A stretch of DNA of 64,000 nucleotides from Antedon mediterranea (Eukaryota > Animalia > Echinodermata): contig NC_092670.1 in assembly GCF_964355755.1 (NCBI RefSeq), positions 22,182,795 through 22,246,794 on the forward strand. Direction: 5' to 3'. Below the pieces are notes generated by a model. It was not told the origin of the DNA, made no database searches, and saw nothing but the letters and a program-made list of their open reading frames with translations. Made by a program: the position numbers and the translations under genes. Within the stretch, counting starts at the first letter, position 1. Each line of letters opens with the position of its first letter. Positions 1-13,100 of this stretch are shown here, one piece after another.

Positions 1-3000
1 CTATCATCCAACAGAACATCTGCAAGAGAAGGAGAACAAAATCAGTCATGCATGTATGAGTACTAGTGCCACATAAACTAATTTGTAATGGTAGTAGAAA
101 CAGAACCTATAGTTAGACAGCTAAGGATACAGACTAGAAATTACTGAATTTTCATGGTAAGAAACAGACCCTATAGTTAAGCTCTCTCTACACTATCAAA
201 CAAAATGTGATGTGCCCATTATGGACACGATGATGTCATATCACTACTATATTTGGGCATATCACTACCATATTTTGGCACATCACACTTTTTTTGTCAC
301 ATACACTGTGATAGTGTAGACAGAGCTTTAGACAGTTAAGATTACAGTCTAGACATTGTTTGTCATGGCAGTAGAAACAGACCCTATAGTTCATTGTAGC
401 CATTACTCACCTGATCCCACTGGCCCACATATTGGAAATTCAAAAACTTTGTTGGATTCTCATTTTGCTCTGTCATAAGACTCTTGGCGACAAATGTGCG
501 ATACATGTACATAACAAATGCTGTTATGGACAACACTAGAGTAATAAACTCTGCCAGGTTACTAAGGCTTTTGAAGTATTTTTTCTTCTGTTTTTTGATG
601 TGTTTAAATTCTTTAAATGCAAACCAGAGGGTGAAGACACACAACCCGGCTTCAGCTGCGAGGACGATGTAGCTGTATGGCCCAAAGTATCGGTCCAATT
701 TCAACGTCTGAAAATGAAAGTATGGTATGGCACCTGTGCAGAGAAAAACAATAAAAACTAGATTTAATTCGTCACTATGACGAATTATAGGTTATATGCA
801 TTGATTTAAATAAAGATAATTGATTTTTAAAAGATATTTTGATTGATTCTTTAATTATTTATATATAGATATATGATAGGACCTTGCTAACGCGAATACA
901 ATAGCCGGTATCACAATCCGATCAAAGATCCATATGCGTATAATGTCATAAACCACATTTGTTGTTACATAATAATAAAGACATAAGTTAATTTTTATCT
1001 AGATTTCATTATAAATCATGTGTATAATCTATACACTAAGAAATAAATTTGTACAAACAATACGGATAATAAAAAAAAAAAAATCTTATTTCGTTTCCCA
1101 AGGTGAGACTCGATCTCGGTACCTTGAATGCCATAGACACGAGCACAGACCAGCGCGCCATACACAACTGACTAAAAGTTGTAGAAAAATTCCTCCGTGT
1201 ATTTACTAGGCAGTAACCACTTTGGTGCAAATAGATTATTACATACCGCAATGAATTATAATTTTTTACTATGATGACATCTTTAAAAATGTAAAAAAAT
1301 TATGCACTGTCAAACTACATACTTTTAACTTTAATATATGAACTTCTTAAGGAAAAAAGTTAATGTTAAGTTTGTTATTTTGGCCTAAGAAAATGTCATA
1401 AATTGTTTGATTGTCAAAATTATTTAAAAAAAATTTAATATGCAATTAATGATGACTTAATCAACTTTTGTTCTCTTAATTTGATAATAAATCATACATA
1501 TGATACATACACTTCAAGAAAATGAAATAAAAAATAGGTGTTCCCCTGCATTCTGACGATATATATTAATTTTAAAATTTAGCATATTTTCACCATTTTG
1601 TTAACTATACGTGCGTAGCCAGTCACTTTTGACGTGCTCGTATAACGCAATTTCGAGTTGAAACCTGAATCAAATATGATGATATTATTAAAGAAAGATT
1701 GTAAAACAGAAATCGGGCAAAAAGAGTGCGCATTAACGTTTAACGCGCAGTGCGCGTGCAAAAATCTGCCCACTCATGGCAATTTTTTAAACGCTTAAAA
1801 TTGCCTGAAACGTACTCTAATTTCATCGAAAATAAATTTTGACAATTTTGAACATTTTAAGCGCGTGTACGCAAGCGTTATATGCGCTACGCACGTAATT
1901 GTAATGCCATATGATGAAATATGACCTGAAATTTATGAGTACCAAATTTTGTTTAAAAGTGATTCATGCTTGTGAAGATATGATTACAAACGTGATTTCG
2001 TTAAATCGCGCGTAGACCGCGTAATGTTTGATTGCGCACCGTGAAAACATAACCACATCGATTCCTGGACATAAGAAATATACTCTGAAAAATTGACTTA
2101 GTTAGATGAAACTGATATCAAGATAATTGACGGACAAATAGTGCTAAGGAAAGAATAAATAAATAAATAAATAAATAAAGATTTTGACAGAATCAAGAGG
2201 TTATATGCATGATAATGCAAATAACCTAATAATGAGGTTAACCATCTAATGGACGGACACCAACCGGAAAGTGAATTTGTGATATCAACCAAACATGGGA
2301 GAACAGTACAGACCAAGCTTGCTATCTTTGACTGTGCTGAAATTGGTATAACAAAATGGATGCGTTATTTAAAAATTTATAGATATGACAGATATCCAAT
2401 TTGTAAAAAAAAATTAGCTATCTTGCGGTTTATCATTATTTCCACATTCATTCAGTTAAGAATATTCTAGGATCCTGGTTTACTTAGTTTTAATATATAG
2501 ATATCAATGTGTATATGCTGGTAAAGAGCCAATATTCATCTTACATAATTGTTATAGGGTATTTACTGTACCACTACTGAGATGTTGGGGTTTGAAATGC
2601 TGGTCTTACCTCCTTGTGGTAAAAATTCAGCTATCATATAGGACACCGCATAGAAGTTAATGACAGGATTGTAAACAGTGAATTCAAAAAATACAGCACG
2701 AGTGTACTGATCAACCCACTTGGTCGCACGCAGATAGTCGGCGATGGCCCATGCATCCTCAACTGTTTTACCAAGCTCAATTACATATCCACCTCCTCCA
2801 TACACTGTTACTATACCCCAATACGGTAGTGAACCCAGATCAAACCAGGACTGGTGTCGCCATGCATCATTTAAGCCTTTGTATTCTGGTGGATCTGTAA
2901 AATTCATGATATTATACTAGTACTGTTCAACTTTATATAACAAACCAAAATTAAATAAACTAATAATTAGATATAATACATTTTAGATATACAAGAATGA

Positions 3001-6000
3001 ATATTTTAATGGTGGTGGTTAACATTACATAGCCTTCCAATCCCAAGGTCCGGGTTTCAATCCTGACCTACAGTAGTGCAAGGGTTGTAATTCACGACTC
3101 TTTCAACTTCACTCCTAAGCCTCAAATAAGACTTAGTTTATAAGCATGATAAACTATAAAATATATCATCCTGTAATTGGCGAGTTTGTGAAAATAATGG
3201 ATGAAATAAATAAAATAAAAATGAAGAAGAAAGACCTACTGCAAATGACACTTGGGATGTAGTGTTTTTTTTTTTTTATTTGTTGTTAAATTTAGGAATA
3301 GGTATAAAATGCATGGATCCAGATAGTAGGAACTTTATAGTCAAATAAGAAGTCACTTGCTCGAATCTACTTACGAGTCTGATTGGCTAGAACCCATCGT
3401 TCGTGGAAGTAGCGGTCATCTTCGGTAAACGCACCATATGCGGGTCGGCAGCTATCAACAGATTCTTGCATAATCTCGGGAATTTCACACAAATCTGCAA
3501 ATAAATCATTAAAATTTGTATAATTTATTCAACTTCTCATTAGATGTACATTAGTGAAGGATGGGACCAACAGGTGGTAAACACTATTACCCCCTACTCG
3601 TATCAAAAGATGTACACTGGACCTACGGTTTATAGTCCTTATCTGAAAAAACTTGTTCTACAACCAAAATCATAAAGCGGGTGAGCTTTGAACCCTTGCC
3701 AATGTTATGGCTGTGTAATTACAGTTTCACTGTCTTAACCGATTATTGCATATTTACTTTTATGGACTGAGGATATTTTCTAGTGACATATAGCCTGATA
3801 ATATTGTAAGGTTTTTAGATTATATTAGTTGATTAAATTTGTCGACACCAACCTGGAATTACTCTCAATTGCCTTAAACGTGCAATACCGACAAGTGAGG
3901 AGGTATGGTCCGCTAATAATGCTTGCTTCAGCCCGTCTTCATTTAGTTCTCCATTTAAATGATTTCCAGCAAAAAGACTTGGAATAAATACATTCTGAGT
4001 GTAGTTCCAGAAGTAGTCACGAGATGCAATCTATGAAAACAAACAAAATCCTATTTACAGCAAATGTTTTTCAAACATTACTATTATTCGTAGTAGCATA
4101 TGGTTTTCTATTGAGATGAAATATATATATAGTGTTAAAGAGTCGCTATCCAATCGAGTTTGAATAATACCATGAAAGCCCCAGTGGTCTAATGGTTAGG
4201 ACATCTGCATATCAAGCAGAAGGGGCCAGGTTTGAATCTCGGTTGGAAGGAATTTTTTCATTCTCATGTTTCAAATTAAATTTCAGTATATCTTCGGGCA
4301 GTTCTGTTCTGTGCCTGTGGTGTCCAAAAAATGTACCGAACTTAAGCATTCTTTACATTTTCATTCAATTAATTTTTTAAATACTCTAAAATCTTCCTGC
4401 CATGCGCACATACATCCCTGTCTGTCCCTAGCCTGTATTCATGCATTTAAAAACAAGAATAGTGTATTAAATGTAGGTTGTTAATATTGCTTGTTACTTA
4501 CTGAACTAAATGGCATTTTGCCATGATAAGATGCATGCACAAAGCTGTCTAACATTGTTTCACGGAAGGCAAATGCCGCTGGATCGGTGTTTCCAAATGA
4601 TACCGTCATTAAAATGTAAAGGAAAAGCATGTAGATTGTTACTTCACGCAAGATCGAAGTCATCTCCATTTCTTTCATTCTAAAAAAAAAATTGGAATAT
4701 GCAATTCTATTTCACTCAATTGACAGGGTGGAAATAGCAGGATTTCTTACATAATAGTGACATATATTATCATAGTGATATATTATCATAATGACATACT
4801 CTATTATCATAGTGACGTATTATCATAGTGACATATTATCATAGTGACGTAATATCATAGTGACGTAATATCATAGTGACGTATTATCATAGTGACAAAT
4901 TATCATAGTGACATATTATTATAGTGACATACTCTATTATCATAGTGACGTATTACCACAGTGACATATTATCATAGTGACGTAATATCATAGTGACGTA
5001 ATATCATAGTGACGTATTATCATAGTGACATATTATCATAGTGACATATTATCATAGTGACAAACTACCATAGTGACATGGCTCTTATGGTTTTGGTGAG
5101 TGTAGTCTTATAGCAATTTAACCACCTTTTCATTGCCACAAACAAGTGCATATAGCCTGTCTATTACCTGTATTCACGCATTTCATTAATTTCATCTTCA
5201 TCAGGTGGTAAGGATGTAGCTAATTCTGCAGCTCTTTGTTTTTCAAATTCTTCAAGTTTTGTTGGATCAGCAAGTTCTTCTTCCGTCAATCGTTCATGTA
5301 ACCATTCCTCGTCTTTTTCAAGATGCGGAGAAGGACTGTTATCTTCCTTATCAGGCGTCTTGATGATGAGTGAGAATATAGTAGCTAGCAGCAGAACCTG
5401 GAAGAAATGTTTAAAAAGACGTGAAGCTAGTTTGTGACAATATTCAAAATATGTGAAGCTAGTTTGTGACAATAATCACGATGTGAACCTACTTTGTGAC
5501 AATAATCAAGATGTGAACCTACTTTGTGACAATACTAAAGATGTGAAAACTAGTTTGTGACAATAATCAAGATGTGAAGCTAGATTGTGACAATAATCAA
5601 GATGTGAAGCTAGATTGTGACAATAATCAAGATGTGAAGCCAGATTGTGACAATAATCAAGATGTGACAATAATCAAGATGTGAAGCTAGTTTTTGACAA
5701 TTATCAAGATGTGATGCTAGTTTTTAACAATAATCAAGATGTGATGCTAGTTTGTGACAATAACCAAGATGTGAAGTTAGTTTGTGACAATAATCAAGTT
5801 GTTATGCTAGATTGTGACAATAATCAAGATGTGAAGCTAGTTTGTGACAATAATCAAGATGTGATGCTAGATTGTGACAATAATCAAGATGTGAAGCTAG
5901 TTTGTGGCAATAATCAAGATGTGATGCTAGATTGTGACAATAATCAAGATGTGAAGCTAGTTTGTGACAATAATCAAGATGTGAAGCTAGTTTGTGGCAA

Positions 6001-7161
6001 TAATCAAGATGTAAAGCTATATTGTGACAATAATCAAGATGTGAAGCTAGTTTGTGACAATAATCAAGATGTGAAGCCCGATTGTGACAATAATCAAGAT
6101 GTGAACCTACTTTGTGACAATAATCAAGATGTGAAGCTAGATTGTGACAATAATCAAGATGTGAAGCTAGTTTGTGACAATAATCAAGATGTGAAAACTA
6201 CTTTGTGACAATAATCAAGAAGTGAAGCTAGATTGCGACAATAATCAAAATGTTCAGAAAATCTGTATTATATTTTAAACGTTACCTTAATTGGTTGAGA
6301 AACAATAATATCTTGTGCAAGAGAAATTCCCACTGTTGTCAGCCACTCTGTTGCCTTTTCTTTTCCAAATCCGCCTGCAACCTCTATGGTCATCCAAAAT
6401 GCTAAACCAATTGTCATCCAAGCAAATATCCAACCGAAAATGGCACACCACCATGGCAATGGATTTGGATCCTTCTTCTTCTTTTTCTTTGTTTTCTTGT
6501 AGCCAAGAACAGGTTTCATCTCATTCACTTTGCTTTCTTTCGATTTTTCTGGTGATTCCATAACATCGATACCAGAGTTAGACACACATGAAGCACGGCT
6601 TGCACCGCCAGCTCTACTTTGAATTCTACTTCCTGCTTCCAGAAGATCTAACTGTTCCTTCAACTCATCAGACTCATTCAAGCTGTTCTTCTTTTTACAT
6701 TGTTCTCCATGAATGAGAGACACCCTTGAACCCGCAAGATATTTGTTTTTATTTTTCCGAGGACGACAACAACCACAGCATCTGTTGTTTGGTCCCATAG
6801 GTTTTGATAATCGGAACAGCTGCACAATAATCACGTTTGCTGGAACAACCATCAGACTACTGATCACTCCGACGACAATTTGACCTAAAGAAAGTTCTAT
6901 TGGACCAACTTTCAAGCTGCCGCCACCAGCACCACCGGTGACATCCTGACCGTAGAAGAAGATGTTTGCCATCATAGTGCAGAAGAGCAGGGATAAGCAA
7001 CAAGTTGCTCGCTCACATCGTGTAAAGGTACTCTTAGCCGGGCGCATAAAGACAGAAAACCAAAGATGAGCATCACTAAGGTTGCGACGGGTTCGGCTGT
7101 AGAAAAGGTGTCCAAAACTGGTGAGTTCACTCATTCCTGCAACTGGTACTATACGTTCAAT
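1..7161 (-). CDS. Gene A exons 44-51: TM2 onward, TOP domain and channel-like region (6286-7161, 5168-5397, 4502-4679, 3853-4030, 3375-3494, 2610-2894, 411-733, 1-19)
   Basis: HLWFSVF.RP..S.FTR..RATCC, SQPIKV, GIARLRQLRV, YGGGGYV..LG, WVDQYTRAVFFEFTVYNP, FLNFQYV. Confidence 0.92.
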
Positions 7162-10100
7162 CTAATAAAAATGAAACAATAGAAATTACTTTGGGAAATT
7201 TGGGCAATAATCTATTTAAGATTCTTACAGGGGGTTCGTTTTTCCACAAAAAGGGCAAGATCGTCATGAGCTAGGTAAGTTAGGCTATTTAACCATACTT
7301 TCACTGTTGATATATAGTTTTTTTAAACCGTTGAACCCTGCTGGCTAAAAAAAATAGAAAAAATACTATAATTTGATAGTAATATGAAATACTATAATAT
7401 TATTATTTTACCTCAGGAAGCATGATTGACTAATAAATCTGGACTGTTCTAGGGGTATGCCAATATAAACTAGAATGTAAATTTCTAAATACCTGGCCAT
7501 CATCTTCTTCAACTGCTAACCATTTATCCAACATGAAGTAGTACATCCTGTTTGTCTGTAGGTCCTTGATTGATGCACGACTCAGAAACCAAGATGGATA
7601 CTTCCCTTTGTTGTCATGCCAGATTCGTAGATGGACCATAGTACCGAGAGTTTTAGGCACGGACATCAGAAATGAATCGATTCCACCACGTTCAAAAAGC
7701 TTACGTTTCTTGTCCTTAACAACGCGTATTCCAGTCTCGCCACCCTCACCTTGGATGATGAAGGAAACATGGGCAGATGTTGAAGAATTTTTGCGCACCC
7801 CAGTAAAGAAGGTGATTTCGTAGTTGTAGGTATGTCGGGGATCGTTATCAGACATAGGAGTTACACCAGCCTACAATTGTTAAAGTAATATGAAATAATA
7901 AATATATGTCATTATATAGTAGACACTAGTTGTATAATATAGTTGGTATGGTTATCCATAGTTCTAGGATGAAATTTAAAACAATTTCTTTTTTTAAATG
8001 TATATTTATCTGTTTATCGTCTTTGGTTATCGTCCATAGTATAAAAATGCTGACACTGCAGCGTGTACAACTACTGATACAATGAATCACTTACCCTCGA
8101 TTTATCTCTTTGATCTTCTTTGCGTGCCCAGATGATAACAACAGTATAGATGCAAATACAGCATGTCATAAAAACAAATACAACTGGATTTTCACCCAGT
8201 TTGGTGAATGCTGATTCACTGAGATCAATCGTGTTCATTGGGACAGAAAATCCACCACCGAATGATGTCAAATGGTACGTGTTACAGCGTGTACACTCGC
8301 GATCACTAGTTGGCAGCACCTATTTCAAAAGAGACATTGTAGTTATTAAAAAGTTTCTTTTATGAAATCAAATACACCCTCCTGGTGTCTAAAATGAAAA
8401 TGTTCAATAACTACAAATTATAGTTAAGTTCCTCAAGAAGCCATTAATGGGAAAACCACTAAAATATTCACAATATTTATTAGTACTGTATAATGTAATT
8501 TAAATGCAGTGCCAAAAACTTTTATTTAAAATGTTGAGACACGGTTAAATTCAACAAAATTAGGTTCTTGTATGATTAAAATGTGCATTTGATTTTTTTA
8601 GAAAACCTAAGTCTTTTACATTAAAAGTCTGGTGGAAATTATTTGGAATACCTGTGTCATGTAGGGCAAATAATATATGTACAATGAAAATCACAGAAGC
8701 CTTTTGATTTTGCCTAAGGTACATGCTCAGTGAAAAAATCTAATACAGTTATACAAATAAAAATAAGGATATTGGACAATTTGGTTTTTGTAGTGTTTTC
8801 ATTGTTGGGAGGTGAATATACCTATAATAAATCATAATAGATAAAATAATTACCTCCATTCCATCAAATTTGAAAATTTTTGCGTAAGTGTCATAGTACA
8901 TACAACTGGTTGTGTAAAATGAGATAGAATATCTTAGAGGAGAAAATGGATGCTCTTCTCCGTCCTCCTCTTCTCCTCCCCAAACATGACGTACTCCAAT
9001 ATTGATTGTACTGCTTGATTCGTTTAGATAACTGGTAAAAAAGAAATTACATAACTAAATTAATTAAAATAACAAATTATGTCAAAAAAAAGAAAAACTA
9101 CTCTGTGTCCTCAAAACATTCAACATTCATAGTATTTTCATATCAAATTTTAGTTAGCACATGTTTAACTAGAAAGGCACTCCGAGAGGGCATACCTCCG
9201 CCTACTGTAAAATTCTCCTACATAAGATTTCTCCGGTAAAAAAATATATATATGTGTGTGTGTGTCTTAATGCTGTTTGTGATTTACGCTAATTTCACTA
9301 CAAGCATGTGTATGCGAGTTGGGTGTAATGGTTATGTAACAAGCCTTTCAATTAACAATAGCTTCAGTTGACTAACAATAGAACAGCAACGCGAAAATCA
9401 AACGAGTGAATTTGAAAAGAAATAGGTTTTTTAAACTACTCGCATCAAAAAACGTGCACATTAAATCAAATTATATTTTAAAATTACAAATCACAAATTA
9501 TAACTCTTGACTCTTGTACAAAAATGAAGTTTTTTGGACAAGTAGTTCTCGAGAAAATGCAATTTCAGTTTACTTGTTACTTTAAGACTGCTCGCCGGCT
9601 TTGGAAAATTGTTTCCTATCTTTTAACACTAGCCAGTCTGAAAATTATATCATTTTTGTTATTTGTGAAGTTATTAATAAACCAATTTTGTTGATTTTCA
9701 ATAGGCATGGTCTGAAAGTATATACCTATCTACACCCAAAAATTCAGAAAGATAACTTGAAAACTGTAGGCGTTATCGTGCTAACAAACAAACAAACATA
9801 CAAACAAAGTAAATACTATACTTGGCAAAGTTCTTTTTTGCCAAGTAACAAACACACGCTACCGATTACATATACCTCCTTGGCAGAGGTAAATAACATA
9901 AAGTGTTTCTTTGACTTTAGATTTGGTTAATTTTGTATCACATGCCGTTGGTTATTCAACAACTAATGAATCATTGTTATTTGATTGGAATATTGTGAAA
10001 CACATGATGATATTTAATAAATACTCTATTGAACCCATATGAGATCAAGAGAGATTTGTTTATATGCAAGTGAAAATTTGTTTATTCTTCTTCAATTAAT

Positions 10101-13100
10101 GATTCTATATACTATCACTATGACGTGAACAAATAATCAGTGTCAATATATTTCACCTTGGTTCCCACTAGGATGCAATGCAATGACAAAATGCACTGGA
10201 AGCAAATTGACCAATCATGACACGATGGATCAAACCAACTGTTGCTTGTGATTGGTCAACTTGAATTGCGCTTACATCCTTGCTTTGCATCCAAGTGGGA
10301 ACCAAGCTGAAAGTTACCTTTCAAGATCTTTATTGGAGAAAAAACATCTTGTCTCTCCATCTATTAGTTCTGCATATCTTGTTCCGTTCCATGGACGGTC
10401 ATAGTACTCAGGGGGTTTTGTTACATTATATAATGGTTGCCAGGACTGTTGAAGAGTACAGTTTACATCGTGGTCGTCTAAAAAAATAATAATACTATAT
10501 TACACTTTTGTAGTTTATTATATGTATGTCATTAATTATTATTTTGATTACATGGTGGAATACTTAATTACAACAATTACAATAAACTGTATTAAGAGTC
10601 TTTCACACCTGATCCGGCACGGTTCTGGTCCGTCACGGTAAATAAAATTGAACACCAATGTTTTTTTTTCTCGATTCTCCATGCGCCAATAGGTATGCAT
10701 GTATTCACATGAAAACAAAATATTTATGTTTGATTTGATTTGCTGGTGCTGGACCCGTGCAGGAACAGGTGTGAAAGACCATTTACAATGAAAAAAGTTT
10801 CAGTTGTTACAGTGTACAAACTAAGATAAATAACTAAAAAAACACACAATACCTTCTTTTGGAGATTTGTTGACAGATATAAATATATACAGAGTAAAGT
10901 TTTCATAATCATAGGAATCTTCTACCTCAGCATCTTCACCTTCAGTATCAGGTGGTTCTTCTTCAATTGCCTCAATATTTATAAAGAGAGCACTTCCTTC
11001 TCCAACATCTACAGAAAAAAAAAAAAAAAAAATAATAATAATAACAAAATAAAGAGCGCATGATCATTCATTATCGAACAACCAAGTGGCCAATCACAAC
11101 ACAACAATTTGTCTTTCAGGTCAAAGGTAAACGATTTATCAAATAATTATCTGATTTGAATGAGATTATTATCGGTCAATATTTCTTGAGCAGAATCGGT
11201 TAAACCCCAAGTTACCTTCACCAGATTAAAAAGAAAATACATAAAAAATCCTGAAACCATGCACAGTGCATGCAAAAATGTGCACATCGCTTGTGTCTCA
11301 TGCTCTGTTAAATTACATTCTTTCTTATATCATTCTAATGTGAAATTTCTGGTGGTATTTCTGTGTACTATTTTTACCAACATTTTTTAGGGGAGAATGA
11401 GAACATATTATTTTCAAAAATAGTACAATGTCTTGTTCAAGGGAAATTTCCATTGTTGTCAGCCACTCTGTTGCTTTTTTTTTTCCAAATCCGACAGCAA
11501 CCTCTACGGTCATCCAAAATTCTACACCAATTGTTGCCCAAGCAAATATCTAACCAACATATTATTTTCAAAAATGAAAAAATACTTACTCTCTAATTTT
11601 GTGAGCTGCATTGGGGTACCACTCAGAGTCGTTTCCAAATATTTCCACTCAATATCATTGGATGAGTTGTCTGCTTTCGGACCTAGGTGTTGCTCACTGC
11701 GACACACCTCTACCACAATGGGAGAAAGTAATAATTCAACCACCATTTGTTGACCTGTATCATTGTAACAAACCATTCCAAAACCACCTCCGTCTGCTCC
11801 ATCCAGGTTGTTTTCCTGCACTGATGACTAAAAATGCATATTAAACGGTTCAATTAATGAAAAAAATCAATAAAGCTGTTATTGTTAATAATTTCTACAT
11901 TTTAGGACAAAGTTTGAAAAAAAACATTGCTTCAAAATTTGAGTTAATATTAAAGGGTAGCTAAGTATTAATAAGTCGCATTGTGGGAAATGGCATACGT
12001 GTCATCACATTGAATGTGGACCAAAAATGGTATAAAGTGGGGAACTTATTGTAAATGTAATTGTAAACAAATTTATATGCTGATAACCACCACACAACTG
12101 GTACTATACCTGACATTCAACCTCATTTGTAGTATCATTTCCCGTTCCGACGAGCACTGTTGGGTCATCTGGAAGCTTACAACCGCCACCACTTCCACCA
12201 TATGTTTCTATGTTTATTTAAAAATCAGAAACTATAATAAAGCAATCAGAAAGGCTGATCTAAGATTGGGGAGAGGGCTTAACAATGGTGAAATGATTTA
12301 GGCAGTCTGGGTTGACTGGGCCTCCCTTTGGATCTTCCTATGACAATGGTGTTTACTATACTATAGGTCCTCCAACCTGACCTGTTTTTTATTTGGTGGC
12401 CATAAATAAATTGGTTTAAAAAGTATATCTTTCTCCTTTTTGCAGGAATAAAAAGTATTTTTGGTTTAAACACAATTATAAAATAGATGATGCTTACTAG
12501 CGCCTAACGCTGTGGTGAAAGTCTTGCCAATGTCTGATGTAATCCCTTTACTGACAGTGACAACATTATCTTGACCAGCTACCATCTGGGATGCAATTTT
12601 CACTTGCAACATTGCCATGACATAATTCGCTTTTTCTGAATTTGATATTTTCTTTAAGTAATATAAAGAAAAGTCTACATTATAAATTATTATGTTCAAA
12701 ACAAAAGCAAGTAAATAAAGCTCTGTCTACACTATCAAACTTTAAGTGGCAAAACAATTTGATGTGTCCATATATGGGCATTATGATGTCATATCACTAC
12801 CATGTTTGGGCATATCACTACAATATTTGGGCACATAAAACTTTTTTTGTCAAATTAATTTGATAGTGTAGACAGAGCTTTGTAAGTAAACTACAAAATA
12901 TTAATTCACCAATGCTTTTATAACAGATGTGGAATCTTCTTCTGTTCCTTCCTCTTCTTCCTCTTCGCTGTCAGTGTCATCAGTCAAATCTCTGTAATCA
13001 AAGATTAGCAAAAATATGTCAATACAAAATTGTACGATACTGATGAAAATGTTCTTTTAACCTTTATTATACCCGAGGAAGATCAGTCTTTTCGACTGAT

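Noticed and set aside
734-2609. Rolling-circle elements in the same homologous intron of both paralogs (also 46823-48501)
   Set aside because: The elements are unrelated in sequence and such elements are frequent here; coincidence suffices.
5681-6208. 175-aa ORF (DVKLVCDNNQ)n
   Set aside because: Translation of a 30-bp minisatellite, antisense within an intron.
7566-7823. Plus-strand ORFs overlapping exons (also 44315-44677, 50320-50619, 53035-53520)
   Set aside because: Antisense shadows of real minus-strand exons.
11325-11513. ORF resembling a TM exon as a functional alternative exon
   Set aside because: Upstream in-frame stop, radical substitutions, no proper splice sites; treated as an inserted fragment.
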